From Rhynchopus sp. YZ270_cl-10 (taxonomy: Eukaryota): a stretch of 64,000 nt of DNA. Where the stretch lies: the NCBI GenBank assembly GCA_964035575.1, contig OZ037834.1, forward strand, positions 1,550,001-1,614,000, read 5' to 3'. The position numbers and the translations under genes are program-made. Shown piece after piece: positions 55,399 to 64,000 of this stretch. The notes under the pieces were generated by a model. The model saw only the letters and a list, made by a program, of their open reading frames with translations. It was not told the origin of the DNA and searched no databases. The stretch's first letter is position 1. Every line of letters begins with the position of its first letter.

Positions 55399-56071
55399 CC
55401 CCGTCACAGCCAGAACGCGACTCAATTGGTCAAACGCCGAAGGAAAAGGAAGCATGCAGCATGGCAAAAGAAAAAAATAGCGTACCGTGCGCCTGCGGCG
55501 CAAGATTGCAAGCCACCCATGACATAGTGTGGCTGTAAAATGTGCAATTTTAATCACAGTATTTTGAAATGTTGCGTACCGTGGCTTCGCCAGGAACCTT
55601 TGCCATGACTGTCGTTTCTTTTTGTAGATGTCTATACGAGGAAACGTCTGCACGCTACCGACCTGACATATTTTTTCTTATTCCGCAAAGGTGGGGAACG
55701 TGAGATGATATGCAATATGCGAGTTAATGCAGCAGTTTTAACGGTTTGCCGGGACATTTTCGCCGAAGTCGAAAATTTTTTTTGACCACTTAAAGTGCGT
55801 AAAGGCGCGTAACGTAACGTAGCGTCAGCGTTAATGCTACACACCACACAAATTAAAATCATTGAAAAAAAAAAAAAAATTCCACCTTTTTTTGGCTGGT
55901 CCCCCTGGGAGGCCAAAACCCCAGATCCTGCGGGAAGCCCTGTACACCCTGAAAAAAAAACCGGTTTTTAGTCGAAACCCCCCCTGGGGGGGGGGGACCG
56001 GGGGGTTAGACAAGGGTGGGGGGGTGGCGGATCGGCAAAGTTAAAAACTAGAAAACACAAGTGTTTTCTAG

Positions 56072-56992
56072 AATTTGAGTTGACGGTCTTGAAAACACTT
56101 CGCTGGCTGGTGTGTCAAACGGTATGTGTATGGTTTGCACGTAACGCTCTCCGTATACGATACACACAACGCTATGCATAAGCGATACACGGTTCGTGTG
56201 CAGCGTAACGCATGCAACGAACGCAACGCAACCGATGCATACGTAGCGATCTGTATGCAACGAACGCAACGCATCCAACGCAACGCAACCGATGTATACG
56301 ATACACACAACGCTATGCAGAAGCAATACACGCGTTAACCGCAACGAGCGCTTACCAAGCGCTGCCCACCTTCGGTGGGCAGCGTAAACGGCGTCCTAGC
56401 GCCGCGGAAACACTCTTGCAGGCTCGTGTGGTTGATAACGGAACGGTCTACACGTGCGTTACACACAACGGTCTTCGTATACGATACACACAACGCTATG
56501 CATAAGCGATACACGCGTTAACCGTATCGTGTGGCTACCAAACGCAGCCCACCTACGGTGGGCTGCTGCAACTCGTGCCGTGTGTGGCCCATGCATGGTT
56601 CTCACAGCGCACTGGCACGTTTCCCAAGCCGGAAACCCGGTTACCTGCCTGAAAAACCGGGTTTTTGGCCAAAACGCCTGTTTTGCCTGTAGAACCCTGT
56701 AGCAGCCTTAAGATACACGTGTTTTGCTAAGGCAAAAAGGGGTACTCGCGACACCCTGGAATCAGGGTCTGCCAGGGGTCCCAGCTTCGTTGAAGCCGTA
56801 AACCCCCCAAAAAGTGTCCGATCTTTCCAAAGAAAACGTTTTTTCGGCTGTGCGAAGCTTCTACCCCTGAAAAAAAAAACCGGTTTTTGGTCGAAAACCC
56901 CCCCGGGGGGGTTGGCGGGGTGGGACTGAAGCAGGGGGTAGGGGGTGGCGTTTCGGCAACAGTAAAAACTAGAAAACACAAGTGTTTTCTAG
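56072..56992. repeat. ~0.92-kb repeat unit, copy 2 (uninterrupted)
   Basis: Head-to-tail with copy 1, with the same start sequence and the terminal palindrome at 56969-56992. It has an extra CAACG-rich patch at ~56205-56292. Confidence 0.9.
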
Positions 56993-57094
56993 AATTCGTG
57001 GCGCAACGGTGGTGTTGTCGAGAGTTGATTTCATTGTTCTTAAGAGCTTGTAGTATTGGAGAGATGTTAAATGTCGTTCTTTTATTTTCCGCAA

Positions 57095-58580
57095 GCCGCT
57101 GTGACACTTCGCTGGTTCATGTGGTTGTGATAAAGCAACGGTCTACACGTGCGTTACACACACCGGTCTTCGTTTACGATACACACAACGCTATGTATAT
57201 CATCCAAAATCTGCCCAGCCGTATAGAAAAGCCCGATTTTGGTCTGGTTTTTAAGTGATCCATTCTTCGTTAAAAAAATTGTCCGACCCCGGAATTTTTT
57301 CAGATTGCCCCGGAAATTCATATAAGCGCGTTTTCGGAGGAAAAAATTGCACCCTCGGTGTCGCAAACGCTTGCGGGCGTGCCCGCAATCATCCTCGGAA
57401 TTATTAGCCCAATTTTTTTTTTTCGGTTTTTATTTATTTTGAAAGATCGGGTGTAAAATCGTTCAATTCCGGGGTCGGACAATTTTTTTTATGCACCTGT
57501 GGTTTTCTGAAGAAAAATCGTGAGGGGGGTGGTTTTCAGTAGGTTCCTTAAGGTTTTCCCTTACCACACCCATTTCCTTAAGGATTTCCCTTGTAAACCG
57601 GGGTTTTCCTTCTAATGACCAAGATGTTTCACCATGAAGTAACTTCAAGAAAGTTTTCGATTTTTTTTTCTTTGGAATGAGGGTTCACAATATCATTCAA
57701 ATAACGCCGGTTTCGTCTCGCAGAAAATTTTTAGCTGTCACTAGTATTTGTGCGGGAAGTTGGCCCGTTTTGCTAAGGAATTTGCCTGTATTAGTACCTA
57801 ATAGCCATGGTCTGGTTTTTATGTAACTTCAACTCCACTAAAGTTTTCGATTTTTTTTTTATTTTATTGGGCGGAGTCCGGAAATGCATATAGGCTAAAT
57901 TTTATGGGCGTTTGTTGACACTTTATTTCTTGAGTCACCGATAAGAAAACGAGAAAAAACCGACACGGCCATTTCAGAAAAAAAGATTTTTTTTATTTTT
58001 TTGAGATTTTTATTTCTTTTGAAAGCGCGGTTTCGAAACGTTCAATTCCGGTGTCGGACGATAAAAAATATGCATCTCACATTTCTGAGTGAAAAATATG
58101 AAAAAGTATACGGCTAGCGAGATTTTGGCTGATATGCGATACACGCGTTAACCGCACCGGGTGGTTACCAAACGCAACCCTGTGTGACCCACGCATGGTT
58201 CTCACACCGCTCTGGCACGTTTCCCAAGCCAGAAATCTGGTTACCTGCCTGTAAAATCCGGTTTTCGGCCAAAGCGCCTGTTTTGCCTGTTGAACCCTGT
58301 AGAACCCTTAATAAACACGTGTATAAAAGGGGTACTCGCGGCACCCTGGTGTCAGGGTCTCTTAGGGTTTAACGCCTCGCTGAGCATATACACCCCCCAA
58401 AAAGTGCCCGATCTTTCCAAAGAAAAAGATTTTTAGGCTGGGCGAAGCTTCTACACCCTCTAAAAATAGCCGGTTTTTGGTCGGATCCCGCAGGTAGGGG
58501 GGGAGACTGAAGTGAGGGTAGGGGGTGACGAGGATGGCAAAGTTAAAAACTAGAAAACACAAGTGTTTTTTAGAATTTGA
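57095..58580. repeat. Repeat unit copy 3 (left-truncated, more diverged, interrupted by TIR element)
   Basis: GCCGCTGTGACACTTCGCTGG at 57095 matches 54157. Homology resumes at 58135. The terminal palindrome at 58550-58573 has one mismatch. Confidence 0.85.
57200..58132. mobile_element. 933-bp non-autonomous TIR element (TA or ATAT target duplication)
   Basis: Left end TCATCCAAAATCTGCCCAGCCGTATA versus reverse complement of right end TCAGCCAAAATCTCGCTAGCCGTATA (22/26). Removing it restores CTATGTATATGCGATACACGCG, matching the paralog CTATGCATATGCGATACACGCG at ~54436. Confidence 0.85.
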
Positions 58581-58601
58581 TACTCCAGAAATATAAAATA
58601 C

Positions 58602-58701
58602 CAAGTACGCAACAACTACGCACTAAGTACGCAACAAGTACGCAATATTGGGTATTCCTTTATTTTTTTTTTCGTGCACAAAGTGCGCAACAAGTACGCA
58701 A
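58602..58701. repeat. 11-bp minirepeat CAAGTACGCAA, 4 + 2 copies
   Basis: Copies at 58602, 58613, 58624, 58635, 58680 and 58691, each with 0-2 mismatches. Confidence 0.85.
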
Positions 58702-58950
58702 AATGGGGTTTTCAGGAGCACCAACATTGATTTTCCCCACTTCTTTTTGTTCAACTCTCAACTTCACGTTGTAGTGCGCTGTATTTTTTTTTTTAAACTT
58801 TGTTCATTGTCCTCCCCGATTTTTCAGTATGTTTTCCACTCGAGTCTACTATCCCCCCCCACCCTCCGTTTGAATTTTTTGTAGGATTTGTTTGGTGTCT
58901 GACGTTTCCCGTATTTTCATTTTGATACAGTAACTTCGTATTTCTGGCAG

Positions 58951-58967
58951 CACCCCCGTTTTTTCAG
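58951..58967 (+). promoter_or_regulatory. Pyrimidine tract + CAG, candidate splice acceptor upstream of the PTR gene
   Basis: CACCCCCGTTTTTTCAG|G lies 19 nt before ATG 58987. Further pyrimidine tract/AG sites lie upstream (e.g. ending 58884). Confidence 0.4.
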
Positions 58968-58986
58968 GTCTCCCGATTCGTATCTA

Positions 58987-60675
58987 ATGGACCTGAGCCT
59001 GAGTCGACATTCGGGAGAGGACGACATACAAGGGGAAGCGTCACTGCAAGAGGAGACGACACCACCATTGCTGCCGCTGTCAGTTCTGGTACCGGAGCCA
59101 TCAGGGGAGCACACGGCGTTTCCGACATCTGTCAATGCGATTCTAGTTGTGGAGCTTGCCGAACGACTTGCGTACTATGGGGCGAAGTCTATAATGATGC
59201 CCTTCATGCGCGACGTCGGACTCTCTTTACCGTTGAGCAATGGCATTGCGAACTTCTTTTCGTTTTTTGCGTACGCAACATGCCTTGCGGGGGGGTACCT
59301 GGGCGACGCGGCGCTGGGTCTCGTGCGGACGGTGTGGGGTGCGTGCGTGCTCATGGCTGTCGGATGCATTGTACTTTTCACCACCTCTCTGAGCCAAACC
59401 TATGCCGACCAGAGCGACTCCTCTGGGAACGGCTCCACCTCTTCAGACATAGTGTTCGGTCCTGCAACAATAACCTACCTGCAGGGTGCCATGTATGCCC
59501 TCTCGCTTCTCGTCCTCGGCACTGCGGCTGGCAGCATCAAGGCCAATGTTGTCCCCCTCCTGGGCCACCAATTTGAGGATATGGAGAAAGACCGCTACTG
59601 CAGAATGAAGGAGCGCGAGGGGAACCCTCTTTCCCCTGATGGTGATGGGGATGGAGGTGAGTCAGAAGGTCCTGGTGTTGTTAATGGATCGGGAATGGTC
59701 GCAACAGAGGCGCGAGGGGAAGGGGAAGGGGAAGGGGAGGGTAAGGTGACGTCTGCGCTGTTCCGATGGGCGTACTGGTGTATCAATCTCGGGGCGCTGA
59801 TAGGGTCTTTTGTGTGTCCACTTCTGCATCTGCCGCAGGGCGGGAAGGCGTATTGGTTGTCGCTGACACTGCCTGCGGTGGGTGCGTCGTTTGCTGCAGG
59901 CACCTTCACGCTTTTCAAAAAACATTTTCAAGACAGACTGCCACAAGGGTCCTTGCTCACACGATCCATCTCAGCCTTCAGAAGACCTGAACTCGACCCA
60001 GAGCTTGCAGAGGACGTTCGGTTAACCTTGCATGCAAGCCGACTCTTCTTTTTCTTCCCGATGTACTGGTGTGCGGCGAAGCAGCACCAGACCTCATACG
60101 TCCCGCAGGCAGACCAGATGGCACGGCCCGGGTGGGTGCCACCTGAGCTGCTCGGTGCAACCAACCCCCTGACACTGATAGTCTGCATCCCCCTGTTTGA
60201 GCGCTGCGTTTTCCCCTACATCGAACGGAGGGGGTGTGGCAATCTGTCGCGCATTGCCATGGGGCTTTTCTTCCAGACGCTGGCATTGGTTTTGTGCGCT
60301 GTGCTGCAGGAGGTGATCGACTCCCGCGGGTACTATGAAGGGGATGAGTACTTCCTGAACGAAGGTGCGGCTCGTCTCTCTGTCTTCTGGCAGCTGCCTG
60401 GGTACGTCTTGATCGGCGTAGGAGAGATCTTCGCCTCCGTGGGCGGACTTGAGTTTGCCTACAAACGTGCACCATTTCGGATGAAAAGCGTCGTGATGAG
60501 TCTGTACCTCCTGACAAGCTCCTTGGGGAGCCTTATTGGAGTCGCGTTCTCCCCCGCAATGTCTGCAGAGAACATGGCACGTGTCTTCTGGGGCATGACA
60601 GCAATGATGGTCGTCACAACGGCAGTGTTTGTATTACTATACGGCAAACAGATCCGCACAGAACTATCAGAATAG
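58987..60675 (+). CDS. Proton-dependent oligopeptide transporter (POT/PTR2/SLC15 family, MFS), 562 aa
   Basis: ELAERLAYYG (ExxERxxYY motif), GGYLGDAALG, GSIKANV, FRWAYWCINLGALIG (PTR2 signature-like) and EIFASVGGLEFAYKRAPFRMKS. Multiple hydrophobic helices in a single ORF. Confidence 0.95.
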   Translation: MDLSLSRHSGEDDIQGEASLQEETTPPLLPLSVLVPEPSGEHTAFPTSVNAILVVELAERLAYYGAKSIMMPFMRDVGLSLPLSNGIANFFSFFAYATCLAGGYLGDAALGLVRTVWGACVLMAVGCIVLFTTSLSQTYADQSDSSGNGSTSSDIVFGPATITYLQGAMYALSLLVLGTAAGSIKANVVPLLGHQFEDMEKDRYCRMKEREGNPLSPDGDGDGGESEGPGVVNGSGMVATEARGEGEGEGEGKVTSALFRWAYWCINLGALIGSFVCPLLHLPQGGKAYWLSLTLPAVGASFAAGTFTLFKKHFQDRLPQGSLLTRSISAFRRPELDPELAEDVRLTLHASRLFFFFPMYWCAAKQHQTSYVPQADQMARPGWVPPELLGATNPLTLIVCIPLFERCVFPYIERRGCGNLSRIAMGLFFQTLALVLCAVLQEVIDSRGYYEGDEYFLNEGAARLSVFWQLPGYVLIGVGEIFASVGGLEFAYKRAPFRMKSVVMSLYLLTSSLGSLIGVAFSPAMSAENMARVFWGMTAMMVVTTAVFVLLYGKQIRTELSE

Positions 60676-60962
60676 AAATGCTTTTCACTAAGGGATGAGT
60701 AGGTAGAAGGAATGGCGCATGGGTTGTCTACCATTAGTGCCAGACGCGGGATTGTAGGGCTGCGAGCTTGACTTCTATTTGACATACTCAGCCTATTTGG
60801 ATTGGTAGCCTTGCTGCTTGCTGCGAGCCCCTTATCCTTTCCCCCACTCCAACCGTTGGGCAACGTGCCGCACGGATATTCATGATTCAGCCCTCTACCA
60901 AAAAAAGTCCCCCGTATATTTAAGTTCTACCACCCCTAGTCCACTACCACAACCACTTCAGG

Positions 60963-61015
60963 TTTTTTCCAAACCCCCTTCCCCCCTTTCTCTTTGACGA
61001 TTCCCTTTTTGAAAG
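60963..61015 (+). promoter_or_regulatory. Pyrimidine tract + AG, candidate splice acceptor upstream of the second gene
   Basis: TTTTTTCCAAACCCCCTTCCCCCCTTTCTCTTTGACGATTCCCTTTTTGAAAG ends 27 nt before ATG 61043. Confidence 0.4.
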
Positions 61016-61042
61016 AGTGAGATATAAAGTGACAGCGAAGCA

Positions 61043-62161
61043 ATGCAGCAGCTGCTCAGGAGGCGTTGCTATGAGGCACCGATGCGATGGAGTGTAGGGA
61101 AGAAGCTGGTTGCGGCGATTGTCTTCGCGACTGGGCTCTTTATATACTACTGGCCATCCATCCAGGTGCGCATAGCGTTGCTGTCGGAGGTGGACGACGT
61201 TATCACTGCAGACAGCGAGCCTCGTACTCCTGAGGCTGGGTACTGTATGTCGCAGGAGCAGATCTACCCGGGACGAGTGTACAAGACCTCTATGGAAAAT
61301 AACAGCTTCGTGTGGGTGCCGTCCAGCGGTTGCGAGCTGCATCACTTCAGACCCACGGACGCCAGCGCATGCCTCAATGGCCTGCAAAAGAAGATAGCCT
61401 TCTTCGGAGACTCACTGATCGACGACCTGGCCGATGCGATCGCCCGTCGCAGCAACAGCCGGCATGAGTTCTACGACCCCCCAGAAGGCATCGAAGGCCG
61501 CTGGTGGAGGCCGCGGCCCAACCGCGGCTTCTTCCTTGCAGGGCAGACAACACCGTTCCTTGAGTTCTTCTGGACGCAGAGTGCTTTCTACAACGACCCG
61601 ACGGACCCCTCGCGGGAGAACGCCTCCTTCGCGATACGCAATGCCGACATTGTCCTGCTCAACAACGCGATGTGGGACATTGGCGACAGCTGCCAGGGTG
61701 TGCACGCATACTACCACGCCCTGAAGACACGTGTTGAGAAGGTGCAGAGTGTTGTCAAGCCGGGTGCGCTGCTTGTTCTGTATGATTTGCATTGGATCTG
61801 GCCGAATCAATGTGCGGCACATAAAGGGCAGGACAGTAAGTGCTTTGTGTACAACCCGGTAGCACGTGTCAAGCACTACAGAACTGCGCTGCGTCTTGTT
61901 GCAGCGTGTACAGGCGTGCGTCTCATGTCCGATACAGACATGACCAAGTTTGTCCCGCAGCACACCACCGACGGTGTGCACTACGACACGGACATGGTCA
62001 AGTTCATGAAGGCAGACCTCTTCCTCAACGGCATCTGCACGCGAGGTGAATCCGCCCCCATGGTGTTCCCAATCCTTCCACGCGCAAGCTGCAACGTTAC
62101 CCAGCACTTTAAGGACTGGGAAAACTCCCGTTTTGCACGGGAGTGCAGGAAGTGGGAATAA
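61043..62161 (+). CDS. Type II membrane SGNH/GDSL-fold protein, PC-esterase-like (TBL/CASD1/NXPE-type acyltransferase or esterase), 372 aa
   Basis: N-terminal signal anchor KKLVAAIVFATGLFIYYW. WVPSSGCELHHFRPTDASACLNGLQKKIAFFGDS supplies the catalytic GDS block, with ADIVLLNNAMWD and C-terminal DGVH (DxxH). Confidence 0.85.
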   Translation: MQQLLRRRCYEAPMRWSVGKKLVAAIVFATGLFIYYWPSIQVRIALLSEVDDVITADSEPRTPEAGYCMSQEQIYPGRVYKTSMENNSFVWVPSSGCELHHFRPTDASACLNGLQKKIAFFGDSLIDDLADAIARRSNSRHEFYDPPEGIEGRWWRPRPNRGFFLAGQTTPFLEFFWTQSAFYNDPTDPSRENASFAIRNADIVLLNNAMWDIGDSCQGVHAYYHALKTRVEKVQSVVKPGALLVLYDLHWIWPNQCAAHKGQDSKCFVYNPVARVKHYRTALRLVAACTGVRLMSDTDMTKFVPQHTTDGVHYDTDMVKFMKADLFLNGICTRGESAPMVFPILPRASCNVTQHFKDWENSRFARECRKWE

Positions 62162-63298
62162 ACAATTCGTTTCCAGCGGGTGGAGGTTGACGTCGGGGAG
62201 CGAGTTGTTGTTTACTGAGTCAGTTGGACTGCTGCTGCGGTTGCTCCTCCACTGCCAGGTCTGTCGGCTCAGGTGTGGCACTGCTGACCACTCTATTGTA
62301 GGGGCTGTCGTCTCCGCGGGTGTGCGAGTGTTGGTGTTTTCTTAACATACCCATCGGAGTTCACTGTCCCTTCTGCCCCTGCTGCGGTCTCACAACCGTG
62401 ATGCCATTGCCAAGAGGATGGGTGGCCGGGGTGCAGGGGTGGTGAAGAGGGTGGAGAGAGAGGGTGGTGCGGATGGGTAACAAAATAGAATATTTTCTGT
62501 ACATCATGCTTACAGGGGGAATTAGTCAGGTCTATGCCGTGGGCAACAGGAAGCTGTGCAGCTATGCGTGCAGTGTGTCGCATGCACCACGGTCAGCCTG
62601 GACCCGCGTGGACCCCCAAGCTTCGATGTTTATTTCAAACAATTTGATTCATTCTAATGGGCCTTCCCGCTTTTTTGATAAAACAACTTGTTGTCAATTC
62701 TAAAAAGATTGGAGGCAGCGCTGCAGGGCAAACAAAACCGACTGAAAAAGAGAGAAGCTTGCTTGTTCTTTGAGTCCTCATTTAACCATAACAACCTGAC
62801 TTCAGTTTGACGCATTTTTTTTCTTTTCTTTTCACCTTTTTGTTTCCGGCTTATCGCACAAGCAAAATACACAAAAAATTTTTTTGACCCGAATATATCC
62901 TCGACAGGTGCTGTTGCTGGCCCTACAAAAAATATTCTCACACAGGTTCGCGTGTGGAACCGTCCAGTACGAAGCTTGTGTGTGAACGTCGCGAAATTTT
63001 GTCTATTTATTTATCGTTTGATTGTCGCACTGGCACTCTCCACCTATCTCCTTTTTAGGCACTAGGCATTGAGAAGCCTTGGTGCAGAGAGGTCGTCCCT
63101 CTATGCATTTACGCCCGAGTTACTCGTGCGACATGAAATACAAGCACATAGGCTACCATTTTTCATTCTCAATCCTCTTGAGAATTAAAGTGGCTACTGG
63201 TGACCCATTTTTTTTTTTTTTTTGATACAGCTGTTGAGGCCTGGGTTCATCTTCCCCTTCTTTCCGTTCTTGCTCAGATTAATTTTCAGCTTTGCCTT

Positions 63299-63321
63299 TG
63301 TTATGTTATGTTATGTTATTA
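63299..63321. repeat. Short (TGTTA)n microsatellite
   Basis: TGTTATGTTATGTTATGTTATTA read directly. Confidence 0.7.
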
Positions 63322-64000
63322 TTCGGAACGGAAACTAGCTAAGGTGCAATCGTTACCTCCCTCGACAGAACCACGTTCTGCGTTGTTTATTTCGGTCTCA
63401 AATGTGATTTTAAAAGGTCTCTCGGAGTGCTTCAATTAGACGGATCGATGCAGGATAGGTTTGGAAGCAGTTGTCCCAAGAGCGGGACATTGCCCAAGAG
63501 TGTTCATGTATGTGCGGTACACGAAAGATCTTGTGAGAAAAAAAAATGTTTTGAGCAGCTACCATTTTTATTGATTTATGCCAAACTGATGACTGCGTCC
63601 GTGGGGGTGTTTTGCATTGTTAGCCTTTTCTTTTTTAAACGATTGTCTTTCTGGCTGGCTGGCTGTGTTTGATAACTAATTCTTGCGCAAAATATGGCCC
63701 AAAGCTGTATGTGCATGTGCGTGTGTGTGTTTTTTGTTGCTGCTTATTGCTGCTTCTTTGTTAGCGTTCTACCGTCGCGGGTTCAGCACTCAAGAAAGTA
63801 AAGGAATGGTTTCTGTGTCTTTGAGTTGACTGTATATTGCTCCGCATTTTCTCTCTTTTTGGTAAAGCGATCATCTGTCCTAATCATTTGATAAAGTGAG
63901 TTCTTCTTCTTCTTTTTTTTAATACACATTTTTTTTTTTTTTTGGCCTCAAAGAGGTTTCCTCTTGGCCAGGTAGTCAGTGGGAGCGTATTGCAGTAATA

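Larger units (their letters stand above)
54808..55942 (+). mobile_element. Non-autonomous hAT-like DNA transposon (1,135 bp including nested MITE)
   Basis: 16-bp TIRs CAGGGCTTCCCACAGG / CCTGCGGGAAGCCCTG (15/16). Subterminal GGGGGACCA motifs occur in both orientations. Flanks TACACT / TACACCCT form an imperfect TSD. The paralogous empty site CTTCTACACCCT is at ~58448. Confidence 0.8.
53975..56071. repeat. ~0.95-kb repeat unit, copy 1 (interrupted by hAT-like insertion)
   Basis: Starts AGAATTTGAGTTGACGGTCTTGAAAACACTTCGCTGG and ends in palindrome CTAGAAAACACAAGTGTTTTCTAG (56048-56071). It is colinear with copy 2 once 54808-55942 is removed. Confidence 0.9.
53946..58580 (-). mobile_element. Putative non-autonomous Helitron-like element cluster (three same-orientation units with nested insertions)
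   Basis: The minus strand begins A|TCAAATTCT at 58580. It ends with hairpin GAAGGA-CACCT-TCCTTC (53958-53974), 8 nt, then CTAG (53946-53949). There is no TSD and no Rep/helicase ORF. The 3' flank base is A rather than the canonical T. Confidence 0.5.

Noticed and set aside
53892..58884. Many 60-126 aa ORFs across the transposon nest
   Set aside because: They overlap on both strands, repeat with the DNA repeats, translate homopolymer runs and show no recognisable domain.
59716..59741. (GAAGGG)n tract encoding GEGEGEGEG in the transporter
   Set aside because: It is an ordinary in-frame low-complexity expansion in a hydrophilic loop.
58917..60863. Antisense and alternate-frame ORFs over the PTR gene
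   Set aside because: These are shadow ORFs of a GC-rich coding region.
61412..62281. 289-aa minus-strand ORF
   Set aside because: It is antisense to the SGNH gene, has a non-ATG start and has no motifs.
62293..63672. Short ORFs downstream of the second gene
   Set aside because: The sequence is T-run-rich and UTR/intergenic-like, with no recognisable protein features.

Overview
Eukaryotic-looking window with three parts. (1) 1-~53.9 kb is one uninterrupted array of the 14-bp satellite CGCATCCGTTCTAA (~3,850 monomers; it continues past the left edge). It stays in 14-bp register throughout, carries a limited set of substitution variants and is organised into nested higher-order repeats (HORs; periods of about 5 kb and 20,440/23,520 bp). 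It decays in register at its right edge. (2) ~53.95-58.6 kb is a nest of non-autonomous transposons. Three same-orientation copies of a ~0.9-1 kb unit show Helitron-like termini on the minus strand (5' A|TC, 3' hairpin+CTAG), internal ~170-185 bp subrepeats and conserved hairpins. Inserted in them are a hAT-like element (itself holding a 233-bp MITE and a possible transposase 5' remnant) and a 933-bp TIR element. (3) 58.9-62.2 kb holds two intronless + strand genes, a POT/PTR peptide transporter and a type II membrane SGNH/PC-esterase-like protein, each preceded by a pyrimidine tract and AG, followed by non-coding DNA. The organism cannot be determined; a trans-splicing protist is a weak inference. 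All counts and alignments were done by eye.
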